Shown here in pieces: positions 25,676 through 37,885 of a DNA stretch of 64,000 bases. The stretch is taken from NCBI GenBank assembly GCA_030704615.1, contig CM060733.1, positions 31,558,001 to 31,622,000 of the forward strand, read 5' to 3'. Each line of letters opens with the position of its first letter. Position 1 is the stretch's first letter. The stretch is from Takakia lepidozioides (Eukaryota > Plantae > Bryophyta). The position numbers and the translations under genes are program-made. The notes beneath the pieces were generated by a model, which was given only the letters and a program-made list of their open reading frames with translations, was not told the origin of the DNA and searched no databases.

Positions 25676-27237
25676 ACCTGTAGTCCATGGCCAACCAAGG
25701 TAGCTGAAGGTCCCAATCTCCTAGGTGCCCCTTCTGCTAACCATACTTGCACAATCCTCTCTTAACCGTTTGCACAACTCTCTCTGCCAAGCCATTGGCC
25801 TCAGGATGATCCCGAAAAGTGGTGCGGTGGTCTATCAAGGCCTTGTCACACAAAACCTGAAACTCCCCCAAGAACTTTCTCCCTTGGTCCGTGAGTACCT
25901 CAGCTGGAGCACCAAATCGGCTAAGTACACAATCCAAGAATGCATACGCAGCTCCCTCACTAGCCTTATCAGGCAATGGAACCAACTCGATCCACTTGGA
26001 GAAGTGCTCCACCATCACCAACACGTACTTGTTGTGGCGCATGGTCAGTGGCAACAGCCCTGCGAAGTCAAGACTCCACCTGTAGCCCAATCCCATGATC
26101 GGAAAATGGTGCAATTGTGGAGTAGGGGCGTTGAATGAAGCACGCATCCTGTCACACACCATGCACCTAGCCACAAATTGTTGCACCTCTATGTGCATAC
26201 CACGCCACCAATACTGCCCCCGCAGTAGACTATGAGTGCGTCGCACCCCAAAATGCCCCAACTCCTCATGGGCATGCCGCACTAACCGTGCCCGCTATGT
26301 TGGGTGAGGCGCCATCCTCACTCAACCATCCTCCCACACTCGGAGCAGGTGTGTCCCCTCCCACTTGAACCTCTTGGCTTGTTGTAGGATCCGATCCCTC
26401 TCCTTGGCAGTCCTAGCGGCTGCCGTGTCTCTAGTGCGAAGGTAATCCAACACAGCTGAATCCTCATGTATATCTTTGGCGCCACCTTACTCATTGCTGG
26501 CCTCAGGGTCCTCAGACACTTGATCTACAGTCATCCCTGTTGCAGGTCCAACCTGGCCTTCCGCTGCCAAGATACACAGAAATGCAGATGCCTGCCATCC
26601 GGACACCATCTCCTCGTCCATCTCACCATGCCACCGAGCTCCAGTGTCATCCTATTGGCTCGTGCATGGATTGCGACTCAACCCATCTGCATCCCGATTG
26701 ACCAAACCCGGTCGATGCACAACCTAAAAGTCATACTCTTGAAGAATGAGTGCCCACTGTGCAAGCTACCCCGTAAGCTTGTCTGACTCCATCAACCGCT
26801 TGAGTGGTTGGTGATCCGTGACAAGGGTGAAGAGATTGTCGTATAGATAGCACCTGAAGTGTGCCACGGCCCACACTGCAGCTAAGCATTCTCCCTCATA
26901 TGAGCTATACTTAGACTCTGCAGCGTTGTTCAAGCGGCTAGCATAAACCACTATGAATTCTCTTCCCTTATCATCCACGTGTATGAGCACCGCTCCAAGC
27001 CCCAGCATGCTCCAATCTGTATGCAGCTGAAAAGGACGCCCCCTGATAGGTCATCTCAAGATGGGCGCCGAGGTCAACCTCACCTTGAGCTCTTGAAAAT
27101 CTTGTTCTTGCTCATCTTCCCACTGCCACTCCTGGTCCACCTTGGTCAGTTTGGTTAGAGCCTTTGCAATGGCACTAAATCCCTTAACAAACCGTCTATA
27201 ATAGTTTGCTAACCCCATGAAAGCTCGAACTCGGCCA
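25676..27237 (-). pseudogene. Ty3/gypsy pol fragment (RT thumb-RNaseH-integrase), probably the PHD-integrase family
   Basis: VRAFMGLANYYRRF, PFQLHTDWS, YSSYEGECLA, TDHQPL, HEELGH..C..C, WSLDFAG, TDQG, NGLAERVV. Confidence 0.93.
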
Positions 27238-28348
27238 GGGATGCCTCAGCGTGAGCCTCGTCACGTGAGCGCGTGAGCGCAACTGCACTCACGCCACGTC
27301 ACCTTGCGCCAATGCCACATCACGGGACTCACTCCACGTCATCACACTTGAAGACCGCGTCACCATGCGCCCAGGAAGAAGTGGAGTGTATTCCCGCGGA
27401 TTGGCACCCTTTACCGCGGAAACAAGTTGGACGACATAAGAAAAGGCAGTGGTCATTCCCACCTGAAAGCAACAGATGAATAAAGGATGGATGAATGTAC
27501 AGTTGGATGATAAACAGATGGATAAGTGTGAAAAATGAATGTAGATGGATGAATGAGGGATGGATAAGAGTCAAATGGATGAATGTATAATGGATGTTGA
27601 GCAATGGAAAACATTCATGACAGGAAGATGCATGACTAAAACTTTAGACGAATGCACAACGTATATGACATGAGTGTGGTAGGTTTGTGGGGTGGATTAA
27701 AGAGTACAGAGGATGAATGTACAATGGATGTTGAACAAAGGAAAACATTCATGAATGGAGCACGCATGAATACACTGTAGATGAAAGCACAATGGATATG
27801 ACAAGAGTGAGGGAGGTTTGTGAGATGGATTCATACATATTGCAATATATAAATGGTAGTTGATTCTTTGATTATATTTCTTTCCAAAAGAACAACAACG
27901 GTGGAGGAAGGGGATTCAACGTTTTCCAAAGATGATGAAACAGAATATTAAAAGAACATAGTTCAGTCTGACTCAGAGTCAGTACAATGGATCCCCGCTT
28001 CCTCTGCATCTAAGTCTAAGTATTTAAGAACTCCGGATCTACGCTGGCTACACCTACGGCCGGGTAGTAAAAATTCAGGGGATAGGGACTCGGCCGCGTG
28101 AAGGGGGGCTGCTATTTCATGAGCGGCATGAGCATGAGCAGCATGAGCAGCATGAGCATGAGCGGAAAAAAAAAAAGCATGAGCAGATCATTGTGAGTCC
28201 ACGGAAATAGGGTTAGGAGGCACGGAAATAGGGTCATGTGAAGTTGGAATGTGGCACCAGTGGACTTGAAATGCAACATTTTATTGCAAATTTTGTGGCA
28301 AGCCACGTCTATACAAGTGTGTTCTAACTGTCATAGCCGGAATGGGCA

Positions 28349-31300
28349 CTACTCTCCTACACCCTCCGAGGAACTTGCCCCACCTTCTTCCTCATCCCCC
28401 TCATCCCCCTCATCCTCCGAGCTCTGTGATGCATCAGTTCCACTATGCCTCTCAAAAATCCCGTCCTCTCCTTGGGGGACTGTCCACCTCACCTCCTGGG
28501 AATCTTCTGCGTCTTCTCCCCCACTTTCCTCAGCAGAATCCAACACAAATCTACGAGCCCGACGGGCTCTAATAGCTGCTGCCTCCTCCCTCATCTTCAT
28601 TTTCTTGAGGCTTGCCTCGTCTAAAATCTGCTGTACACGACTACGTTCGGAACACCTCCTAATGGACACCGAAGCAAGCCGGGCAGCATAAGTAGGAAGG
28701 ATGTACTCCCTTTCTGGACTAGGCATGAAATCCCCCCTGGCAAAAAAAGGCACGTTCCTCCTGCCCATGAACTCCGGTGTAGACGTCCCTCCGGCAGTAC
28801 TTGGCATCCTACAGTAAGAACAAATCCACTTGAAGAATGTCAATACCAGCACAACCAGAAAGGGTTTTCAATGAAATAAGAGAGCGGAGGGAGGTGCCTC
28901 ACAAAATCTGGAGGCAACTTACAATGCCACCACTCACTCGTAAACCGGGGGCTCCTCGGCCTCGATCCCAACTTCCTCCCCCTGCTCCTTCTCGGATTTT
29001 TCCTCATCCTCCGAGGATGCCTCTTCCTCTTTCGGCAGACGTTCAGCCGCTGCAAGTTCCGAGTTGTGGAGGGCTAGATTTGGCTGCATGCCTTCCTCCA
29101 GAAGGCAGCGAGAGCACTTGCACTGGAAGCCCCAACCCTTCACACCTTTGTCCTTCCGCTGTTGAAGGGGACACAGAATATCAAAGTAGGGCAAGCACAC
29201 CTCTTCTCTTTCTGTTTTTGCCTATAGATCCATCCTCATCAAAGGCATTCAATTGAACAATTTGCCTGATTTTGGTGATGTCAGGTTGCAGGTTGTTGGA
29301 TCCCGGCAAAATTCCAATACAATTGATGGATTAGCTTTTGTGGCTGTCAAATATTGTTGGATGTTTTTCAATCATGTCCTCTGCCTCAAAATTCTAGTTT
29401 GCTGCTCAAAGCCATATTGTTCCTTCCATCTATCCCACAAGTCCTGATTCATTACCATAATGAGTACTGACGATAAAGATTTGGAACTCCTGCAAAGGGG
29501 AGACTTAGGGTCTTTTACTCACTTGTCTAAAATGTGCACAATGCAGGAATGTGTGTGTTTCAAATGTTTGCACAGCTATAACGCTACTGACTCACAACAG
29601 CAGGACTTCTAGACATTACCCTGAGTCCTTCCACTTCTTCACTACTTGTAGAGGCGAGTCTCTGTGGATCAGAAGACCATAACGGAGATGCTAGTGCAAT
29701 TGGTAAGTAAAGCAGATGAGCGGTTAGTTGGGGAACAAGTTGTACAAGAATCAAAGGCAACTGACAGGGAGCTGTGCAACGAAGACAAAACAACTTCAAT
29801 GGACTCCTTGAGCACTTCTGTTGGAGGAGGGAAAGCCTGCTGGAGTCAGGGAGGGGTGCAATCAGATCACCCGAGTGCTCTTGCAATTCGTGCTCACAGC
29901 CGTGAAGAATTCCATCATGGCTTCAAAACCAGGGGTGTCTTTAGGCTCTGTACCGGCAGCCCTCTTCTTGGCTTTCCCCTTCTGCTCCGCCAGAGACTTG
30001 TTGTGTGCTACCTTCTTCGCCCTGGCAGCGAGAGCGTCAAGGAAGCTCTCATTGACGCATTGGATGATGGTTGGAGGTTCTAGCTTTGGCCTGTGCGTAA
30101 ACGTCACCGCCGAATACCGCCGTGTAGGCTCGCCCTCAAATGCCAACTTCTTGGCAGAGCCAGTCCCACTCCGAACTGACTTGGGAACCCGGACGACCGG
30201 TGACTGGGTAGGAGCAACAGCAGTCGCAGGACCTTGAACAAAATCGGCGTCGGAGTCACTCTCTTGGGTCCCCTCCTGCGCCTCCTCCGATGCCCCGATG
30301 GTTTTCTTCTTTTTGGGTGTTACTGCAGTCACCTGTTTCCTTGTCCTTTTCCTTTGACCTTTACTCTTCTCATGCAATTTCTCTTGAATTCCTGCCTTAG
30401 CAAGCTCTGCCGCTTTCCTGGAGTTCGCAAGCGCTTTTGCCTCTTTTGCACCCAACGGAGGCAGCGGAGCCCGGTTTCGTCGGAATTCAGCATCCAGCTT
30501 CAATTGAAACTCGGATGGGTCGAGCGAGCCGGGCGGAAGGTCCACATACCAAGGGCAATCACGCAAATGTTCCAGATGCCACTCCTTCACAATATCGTCA
30601 GTGTACATGGAGTCAGCCCCAGGGTTCCTCCATGCCAGGAAGAATGGTGGCTCGAAAGACAGATGACCTTTCTCCAAAAGCGAGAACTTACAGTACCTGC
30701 ATTCATGAAAAACACAATGAGGTCCGAAAATGGCTAAGTCCCTGAACGGCAATAGGGCCTACAACTGGAATATGGCGCCGAATTTCCACTTCAGGGCCAC
30801 CCAGTCTAGGGACTTAGCCCGAAAATGGCTAAGTCCCTGAACGGCAATACGGCCTGGAACTGGAAAATGGCGCCGAATTTCCAGTTCAGAGCCAGCCAGT
30901 CTAGGGACTTAGCCCGAAAATGGCTAAGTCCCTGGACGGCAATAGGGCCTAGAACTGGAAAACGGCGCCGAATTTCCAGTTCCGGGCCAGCCACCCTAGG
31001 GACTTAGCCCGAAAATGGCTAAGTCCCTGGACGGCAATAGGGCCTAGAACTGGAAAACGGCGCCGAATTTCCAGTTCCGGGCCAGCCACCCTAGGGACTT
31101 AGACCGAAAATGGCTAAGTCCCTGGACGGCAATAGGGCCTGGAACTGGAATATGGCGCCGAATTTCCACTTCAGGGCCAGCCAGTCTAGGGACTTAGCCC
31201 GAAAATGGCTAAGTCCCTGAACGGCAATAGGGCCTGGAACTGGAAAAGGGTGCCGAATTTCCAGTTCAGGGCCAGCCAGTCTAGGGACTTAGCCCGAAAA

Positions 31301-34300
31301 TGGCTAAGTCCCTGGACGGCAATAGGGCCTAGAACTGGAAAACGGCGCCGAATTTCCAGTTCCGGGCCAGCCACCCTAGGGACTTAGACCGAAAATGGCT
31401 AAGTCCCTGGACGGCAATAGGGCCTGGAACTGGAATATGGCGCCGAATTTCCACTTCAGGGCCAGCCAGTCTAGGGACTTAGCCGAAAATGGCTAAGTCC
31501 CTGAACGGCAATAGGGCCTGGAACTGGAAAAGGGTGCCGAATTTCCAGTTCAGGGCCAGCCAGTCTAGGGACTTAGCCCGAAAATGGCTAAGTCCCTGGA
31601 CGGCAATAGGGCCTAGAACTGGAAAACGGCGCCGAATTTCCAGTTCCGGGCCAGCCACACTAGGGACTTAGGCCAAAAATGGCTAAGTCCCTGAACGGCA
31701 ATAGGGCCTAAAACTGGAATATGGCGCCGAATTTCCACTTCAGGGCCAGCCAGTCTAGGGACTTAGGCCGAAAATGGCTAAGTCCCTGAACGGCAATAGG
31801 GCCTGGAACTGGAAAATGGCGCCGAATTTCCAGTTCCGGGCCAGCCAGTCTAGGGACTTAGCCATTTTCGGAGCCCTGACTGGAAATTCGGCGCCATTTT
31901 CCTAACACCACTTGAGGCCTCTAACATCCTGAAATGCCAGGACTTGAAAGAAAGGCAGCGCGTATGTACCTGTACAGAAGGCGCATTGCTGCTTTGTCCG
32001 CGTTCGGCTGGTCGGTGAACTCGTGGCTCCGGCGAGCATCTGCTATCTCCCGAAAGAATAGGTTGGTTTTGTAGAGCAGAAAGTACCTCGTCACATAGTC
32101 ACGTAGGCTCTCTGCTGCAGGAGATATCTCCATCTTGAACTGATGTGCTTGTGTGTCCAGCTGCTCTTGCGCATTCGTCGTCACCTGTGGAGATTGTCCA
32201 TCAGATCGCTTTCCTCAAAAAATACAATGAATCCACCCCCTACTAGAGTAGAAGCCCCAAACGAAGCGTGGGGAAGTACCTGAAACCACCATGTCATGCG
32301 GTTCATCCACATGTCGAATGTGGGGTCAGAGAGTTTGTCCGGTTTGGGGAAGCTCCACATGTCCCTGGTACTTTGGGAACCATTCCAGATTTGGAGCCAC
32401 CGGGTCTGTCCAACCACCCAGCATATTCGTAAGCGCCAAACACCACAAAAAGGAGTTGTTGCCACCACAATTTGGTTAAGAATGTATCACCTTTTCTGTT
32501 GCATCCACACAGGATGTGGCTAGACGATGGAGCTTCTCCAATGTCATCGTGGGCTTCAGAGCGCGAGAGTAGTGCTTCCCCACCTCCACCAGAAAGTCGG
32601 CACCAAGGGCGGGATCAGCTATGGCCACGTACTTTACCATCCGCGACTTGTACTTTATGCGGGCCCTCACCTCCGCAGCTTTGACATACGATTCGAGTTC
32701 CGGGAGGGTTGGATTCTTCTCCTCTGACTCCATATAGAACCTCCGCGCATGTGCCAAATCCTGCTGTATTTTCGTCTGTCAAGAATGCGCACATAAGATT
32801 AGAGATCCTGCTCAACACAATTTCTTCTATTGGGGGAGGAGAGACAGATTAGCTCAACAAAACTGTCAGGAGCTTTACCCGAAATATGTAGTCCACCATG
32901 GCGTCGACGCTCAGCCTATACCAGGTTCTGTCTGCCTTTGCCTCCGACTTGCGCAGGAGGTCGGCACTAAGGGAATTGGCAAACTCTTGCACCCCCTGCT
33001 TCCCGACATCCTTCACTCGGAAGAGCATATGGGACAAGTTGGTGGCAATGAAGGCATTCTCAGTCACCCTGCAGTGCCACATTTCCATCAAACAATACTG
33101 AAATGGGAATTTTCATCATATATGAGGATTCGCAATGAAATGACTTCCAAATTCAAAGTCCAAAAGCGAGAGGGGTTGTAGCTTACGAGTTGATGTCGGC
33201 CATTGCAGCTTTGAGAAGACTGCGATCTTTGGGCCCCGCAACCTTCAGCACAACACAATCGACGGCGAAATGCCAATCGAGATCGTTGGGTGGGCTTGGG
33301 CAATGTGCTCCATCCATGCCAGGAGGCGATGATTGCCGTCCCACACGTAGAACATCTTACCGGACATGTGCTGGAAAAGAGGATCACTAGCAATCGATCT
33401 CTCGAACTCCTCATTTCGCGTTTGCCAATGGGGACCCCATTTGTCCACCTCATCGGAAGTGTGGGCACGGGAAGCTCCGTGGTCGTTCTCAATGGAAACG
33501 TAAAAGGCGGCAGACCCCATTCGATATCCATCCTGGAAAGAGAATTTCAGCTTGTCGATATCGCCTGGGAGGGCAGGTCTCACCACCTGCAATGACACCA
33601 AGCGGCAAAGGGGAATTCGAAGCTTGGCCGGGTACACCATGCCCCCAGCACCCTGCCAATGTTGCTGTGGGTTGCCTCCAACATCTTGGCAGCGGCCAAC
33701 TTCATATCCGCCTCAGACATGACATCTGCTGCAGAGGGGTTTTCCGGCAGCCCACCAGGACCGCCAAATCCAGCCTGTATGCTCCGGGTTTGGGGCCTGG
33801 GATGTCCGGGAGGATGTCATCCTGGTCAGAAACCTGTCGTCCTCCTCAACAGGGTCAGCCACCTGCGAACCACCTCCAGCACTCTCGTCGTCTCTACTGC
33901 CCTCTCCCTGGCTTCACCTCGAACTTGCACAATCCGTGCTCTTTCAGGTGTTCTTTCCTCTCCTCCACTCTCCACCGTATGGGTAATTGCGGGGGCTGCT
34001 CTTGCCCGCGATGGTCTAACCGGTGTGCTACTGCCTCTCTGTGGTGTCTTTTAGGGATCCACCGTCTCTGTGGGTCCCTCGCTTACATTGGCATCTGTCA
34101 TTTGGGCACCCCTGGCCTCTTCAGCTGCCTTTTGTCTTTCCTCCTGGCTAGCATTCTGTCTCGTCTGTTCTTTTGCCCTCTCTTTTGCCCTCTCACGGGC
34201 TTTCTGTTTCTTACTAGGGCTAGCAGCAGGGGAGCCCTCCAGGACGACCACCTTTGATTGAGGCGAACTGACACCCTCGCGCGCACTGCTCACTCCCCCC

Positions 34301-35155
34301 TCCGCAGCCCGTGACTGCTCTCTCGCCGGGGATTGCATGTGCTTAGCTTTCTTCTTTTTCTTTGCGTGGGCGGGCCCTACTGCATGTGCATGAACAACCT
34401 CCATTGCCGGATCTGCTGTCCTCATGTCCTCACGCCCTTCACCTGCCATGCCGCCTGCACCAACCTCCCCAATGCCTACTCTGTCGTAATCTCGTTGCAA
34501 GTCCTCCCGTCCACCAACAAAAGGTTTAAGTTTGCCCTCTCGCCCCCAAGTTGGGCGATTCAAACATGCGATGAGTTGGAGCTGTCGATGATACCACCTG
34601 CGTGCCGGGCTCGTCGTCACTCTGTCATTGACAAAAATTGTGAAAACCAACATCGGTGCAAAAAGCAGCATCGCAACGAGCAGCGCAACCACCATAGCAA
34701 CAATCATGTAGCAAAAATGAAAACATAACAAGTTTAGGAAGTATGGAGAGCCATGCAACAACAATGAAAACAAATGCAACCATTGCCTAAGAATGACATG
34801 CACAAGCAGCCTTCTCCAGAGCTGCTGGATTTGCACACGCATTGCAAACAATCTAAGGTTCACTCACTATCTAAAGTTCACTCATACAGCAAAGCCAGGA
34901 TAAGATGCAAAAACAAAGCGAGGTAACAAAGTGAAAGCAAAAAATAAATCGAACAAACCGAAAGCAGAAGTGGCTTGCCTGAGAGTACTCGGCTTCAGTT
35001 GGCGCAGGTTGTGAGCAAGACACTGGAATCTCCTGCTGGAGCTTCAGTTTGGCCATGCGAGAGATTGGCCGTCGTCCGTAGTACAGAGCTTTCAACTTCC
35101 GCCGCGGTCTGGATGTGAGGTCTCTCTCAGGAGAGCCACGCCCTTCAGGCGGCAT
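28349..35155 (-). CDS. Multi-exon cargo gene: low-complexity N-terminus, ParB/Sulfiredoxin-like domain, helical region, basic linker, (MTase replaced in this copy), acidic tail
   Basis: RIPLCRLVSLQVVRP..IDKLKFSF..FYVWDGNHRLLAW (33326-33340). In-phase GT-AG introns at ~33185-33070, ~32878-32761 and 31969-30697. Downstream exons are colinear with copy 1. The start codon is uncertain and there are a few frameshifts. Confidence 0.7.
29075..29310 (-). pseudogene. Captured SET-domain (TPR-SET/ATXR1-SMYD-like) gene fragment
   Basis: DITKIRQIVQLNAF, then after an internal deletion EEVCLPYFDILCPLQQRK..WGFQCKCSRC (SET C-terminus plus post-SET CxCxxC). Confidence 0.8.
30724..31862. repeat. 95-bp tandem satellite, 12 units, inside an intron of the cargo gene
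   Basis: Units start CCGAAAATGGCTAAGTCCCT every 95 bp. Each contains GG(C/T)GCCGAATTTCC and the inverted pair GGCTAAGTCCCT/AGGGACTTAG. Confidence 0.97.
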
Positions 35156-35399
35156 AAGTCCCAGCCAAAAAGATCTCCTTTTTTGGGGTACATGCCTGGA
35201 ATACCATGTTAAGCAAGTTTAGCATGAGATTTAGGGTACGTGTCCAGGAAGCCATGCGTCTCCAGCCCGAATAATAACCGACGGCCGTCGACATTTATTG
35301 CCCAACTGCGCAATTAAATGTCGGATGAAGCCCTCCATGTCGGATGAAAATCGACGTAAACAGTCCCGGAATTTCCAACGTAGAGGTAATTCGTAGCGC

Positions 35400-37500
35400 T
35401 GCACGATGAATTCCGTCGCCGGATTTCATCCTGTCCATGTAATCGGAGCGCAGGTCAGGATGGATATCCACGCCGAATTTCCATCCGCGGAGGAGGGGCG
35501 GGTTGGAATAGCCTCGGTTGAAATTTCCCCTCATGCAGGTAATTCGGAAGTGCTCGATGGAATCCGGCTCCGATTTCATTCCATCCTTCCGCTTAGGGTA
35601 GGGCGGCTTGTTTACATTTCGCCCTCATGCGGTAATTAATTCGGAAGCCGCGGATGGAAATCCGGCGCGCCCGAATTTCCATCCGCGGAGGTAGGGGCGG
35701 AGGTGGAAATTTCCCTCATGCAGGTAATTCGAAGCGCCGCGGATGGAAATCCGGCGCCGAATATCCTCCTCGAGGTAGGGCGGAGGTGGAAATTTCCCTC
35801 ATGCAGGTAATTCGGAATCCGCGCGCGATGGAAATCCGGCGGCCGAATATCCACCCGGAGGTAGAGGGCGGCGGTGGAAATTTCCCTCATGCAGGTAATT
35901 CGGAAGCGCGCGGATGAAATGGCGCCGAATATCCATCCGCGGAGGTAGGGCGGCGGTGAAATTCCCTCATGCAGGTAATTCGGAAGCGCGCGGATGGAAA
36001 TCCGGCGCCGAATTTCCATCCGCGGAGGTAGGGCGAGGTGGAAATTTCCCTCATGCAGTATTCGGAGCGCACGATGAGAAATCCGCGCCGATTTCATCCG
36101 CGCCTGTATGGCGTGCGCCGAATTTCCCTCCTGCAGGTAATTCGAATAACCGGATGAATGTGAAATTCGGCGCCGAATTTCCATCCAGCAGGTAAGTCAA
36201 TCCCGCATAAATGGAAATTCGGCGCCGAATTCCATCCTGCAGGTAATTTTCCAAAACGAATCGGTGCCAATGGATATTCGGCGCCGACTTCCTTCGCCAT
36301 GTATTTTCTGGCGTGGAATTACCTTCGTGCGTATCCATTAAGATTACCTTCTTTGCAAGGTAATCCCAGATGAGAATACCCTTCGGCAGGTAATTCTGGA
36401 CGAGGATTTCACATCCTGGACTACCTGCAGGAAGGTAATTCTCCATCTGGACATTACCTGCAGGAAGGTATTCTCATCTGGGAATTACTGCACGCAGTAA
36501 ATCTTATAGTATACCTGCACTAAGTTATTCACGCTCAGAACTAAATGTCGAATGGAAATTCGGCGCCAATATCCTTGGCACCGATCCGACTTACCTGCTG
36601 ATGCAAATTCGGCGCCGAATTTCCATTCATCCGGTAATTCGAATTACCTGCAGATCTGTTGTTCACCGGTGGCATGATTCCCTTCGTCTTGCTCCGCTGC
36701 AATCGCCTCCATCCGGATTGACCTGATGCGGCATTCCATTCGGCTCCGCTTCGATCCGAGATTCCACTACCTGCTGGATGGAAATTCGGCGCCGAATCTC
36801 CATCCATCCGGGATTCCACTTACCTGCTGGATGAAATTCGGCGCCGAATTTCCATCCGGGGATGGTCTCTGTCGGAAGGTGCCGCCTCTTTGCCGCTCTG
36901 TTGATATTCGGTGCCGAATTCCGTCCTGGGTTGAAAATATGACGGCCAGGTGCCGACCTCTCCCTTCTCCCCGACTGCATTGGAACGGCCCCGAATTGAA
37001 ATTCGGCGCCGTTTTCCCATCTGTGGAGGTTTTATGTCGGCCAGTTTTTCGGTCTGACCCCCGACAAGACTTCCTTTGGGGGGGCCCGGATGGAAATTCG
37101 GCGCCGAATCTCCGTCCAGGGGAATTTCTCTGTCGCACACTCGCCGGCCTCTGCGCCCGAGGCGACTTCATCCGGGCGTCCCCTGTTCGATATTCGGTGC
37201 CGAATTTCCGTCCGGGGGTTGAAATGTGACGGCCAATGCAGGCCACTCCCCCCTCCCCGACTGCATCCGAAACCGCCCCGGATGGAAATTCGGCGCCGTT
37301 TTTCCATCTGGGGATGTTTTATGTGCCGTCCAGTTTTCGGCCTGACCCCCCGACACGACTCCCTTTGGGGGGCCCGGATGGAAATTCGGCGCCGAATCTC
37401 CATCCAGGGGATGTTCTCTGTCGCACATACTCCGGCCTGCGCCCGAGGCGACTTCATCCGGGCTTCCTCTGTTGGATATTGGGTGCCGAATTTCCATTCG
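35400..37500. repeat. Intergenic array of the 22-bp palindrome GGAAATTCGGCGCCGAATTTCC (probable bidirectional regulatory region)
   Basis: Many exact or near-exact copies occur within ~80-bp and longer tandem units between the divergent genes. Confidence 0.9.
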
Positions 37501-37885
37501 GGGGTAGTAATGTGAGGGCACGGTGCCGCTTCTCCCCTTCAGCCGTCATCATCCGGACGGCCCCCCACTTTCTGACTGCATACCGTTGGGCAGTTATTGC
37601 GCAAAGACGAGGGGCCGCATTCCGGAGACAAGGTTCATTAACACTCTGACTGTGGATTTTTGAGATAGTTGGCTCCCTGGATTTGGATCAGGCTTCGTCA
37701 CTCGGACAAATCGGCATCGCATTCATTCCCATCGCTGCACCCCCTTCTACCAGGGAGCTTCCCCGCCGCCATCCTGGCAGTCTTGTGTGCACATCTCCCA
37801 TGGCGGAAACCCGAGCGCTACAGTGTACTGCCCTCCTCACGAGCATAGAGCTTCATTTCCGTGCAGAGGGGACACCTGCCGGGTG

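Noticed and set aside
30724-31862. CRISPR-like array
   Set aside because: The entire 95-bp unit repeats with no unique spacers, there are no cas genes, and it sits in a eukaryotic intron.
35600-37650. Many overlapping ORFs on both strands
   Set aside because: They are translations of GC-rich palindromic repeats (recurring MEIRRRIS/GNSAPNF).
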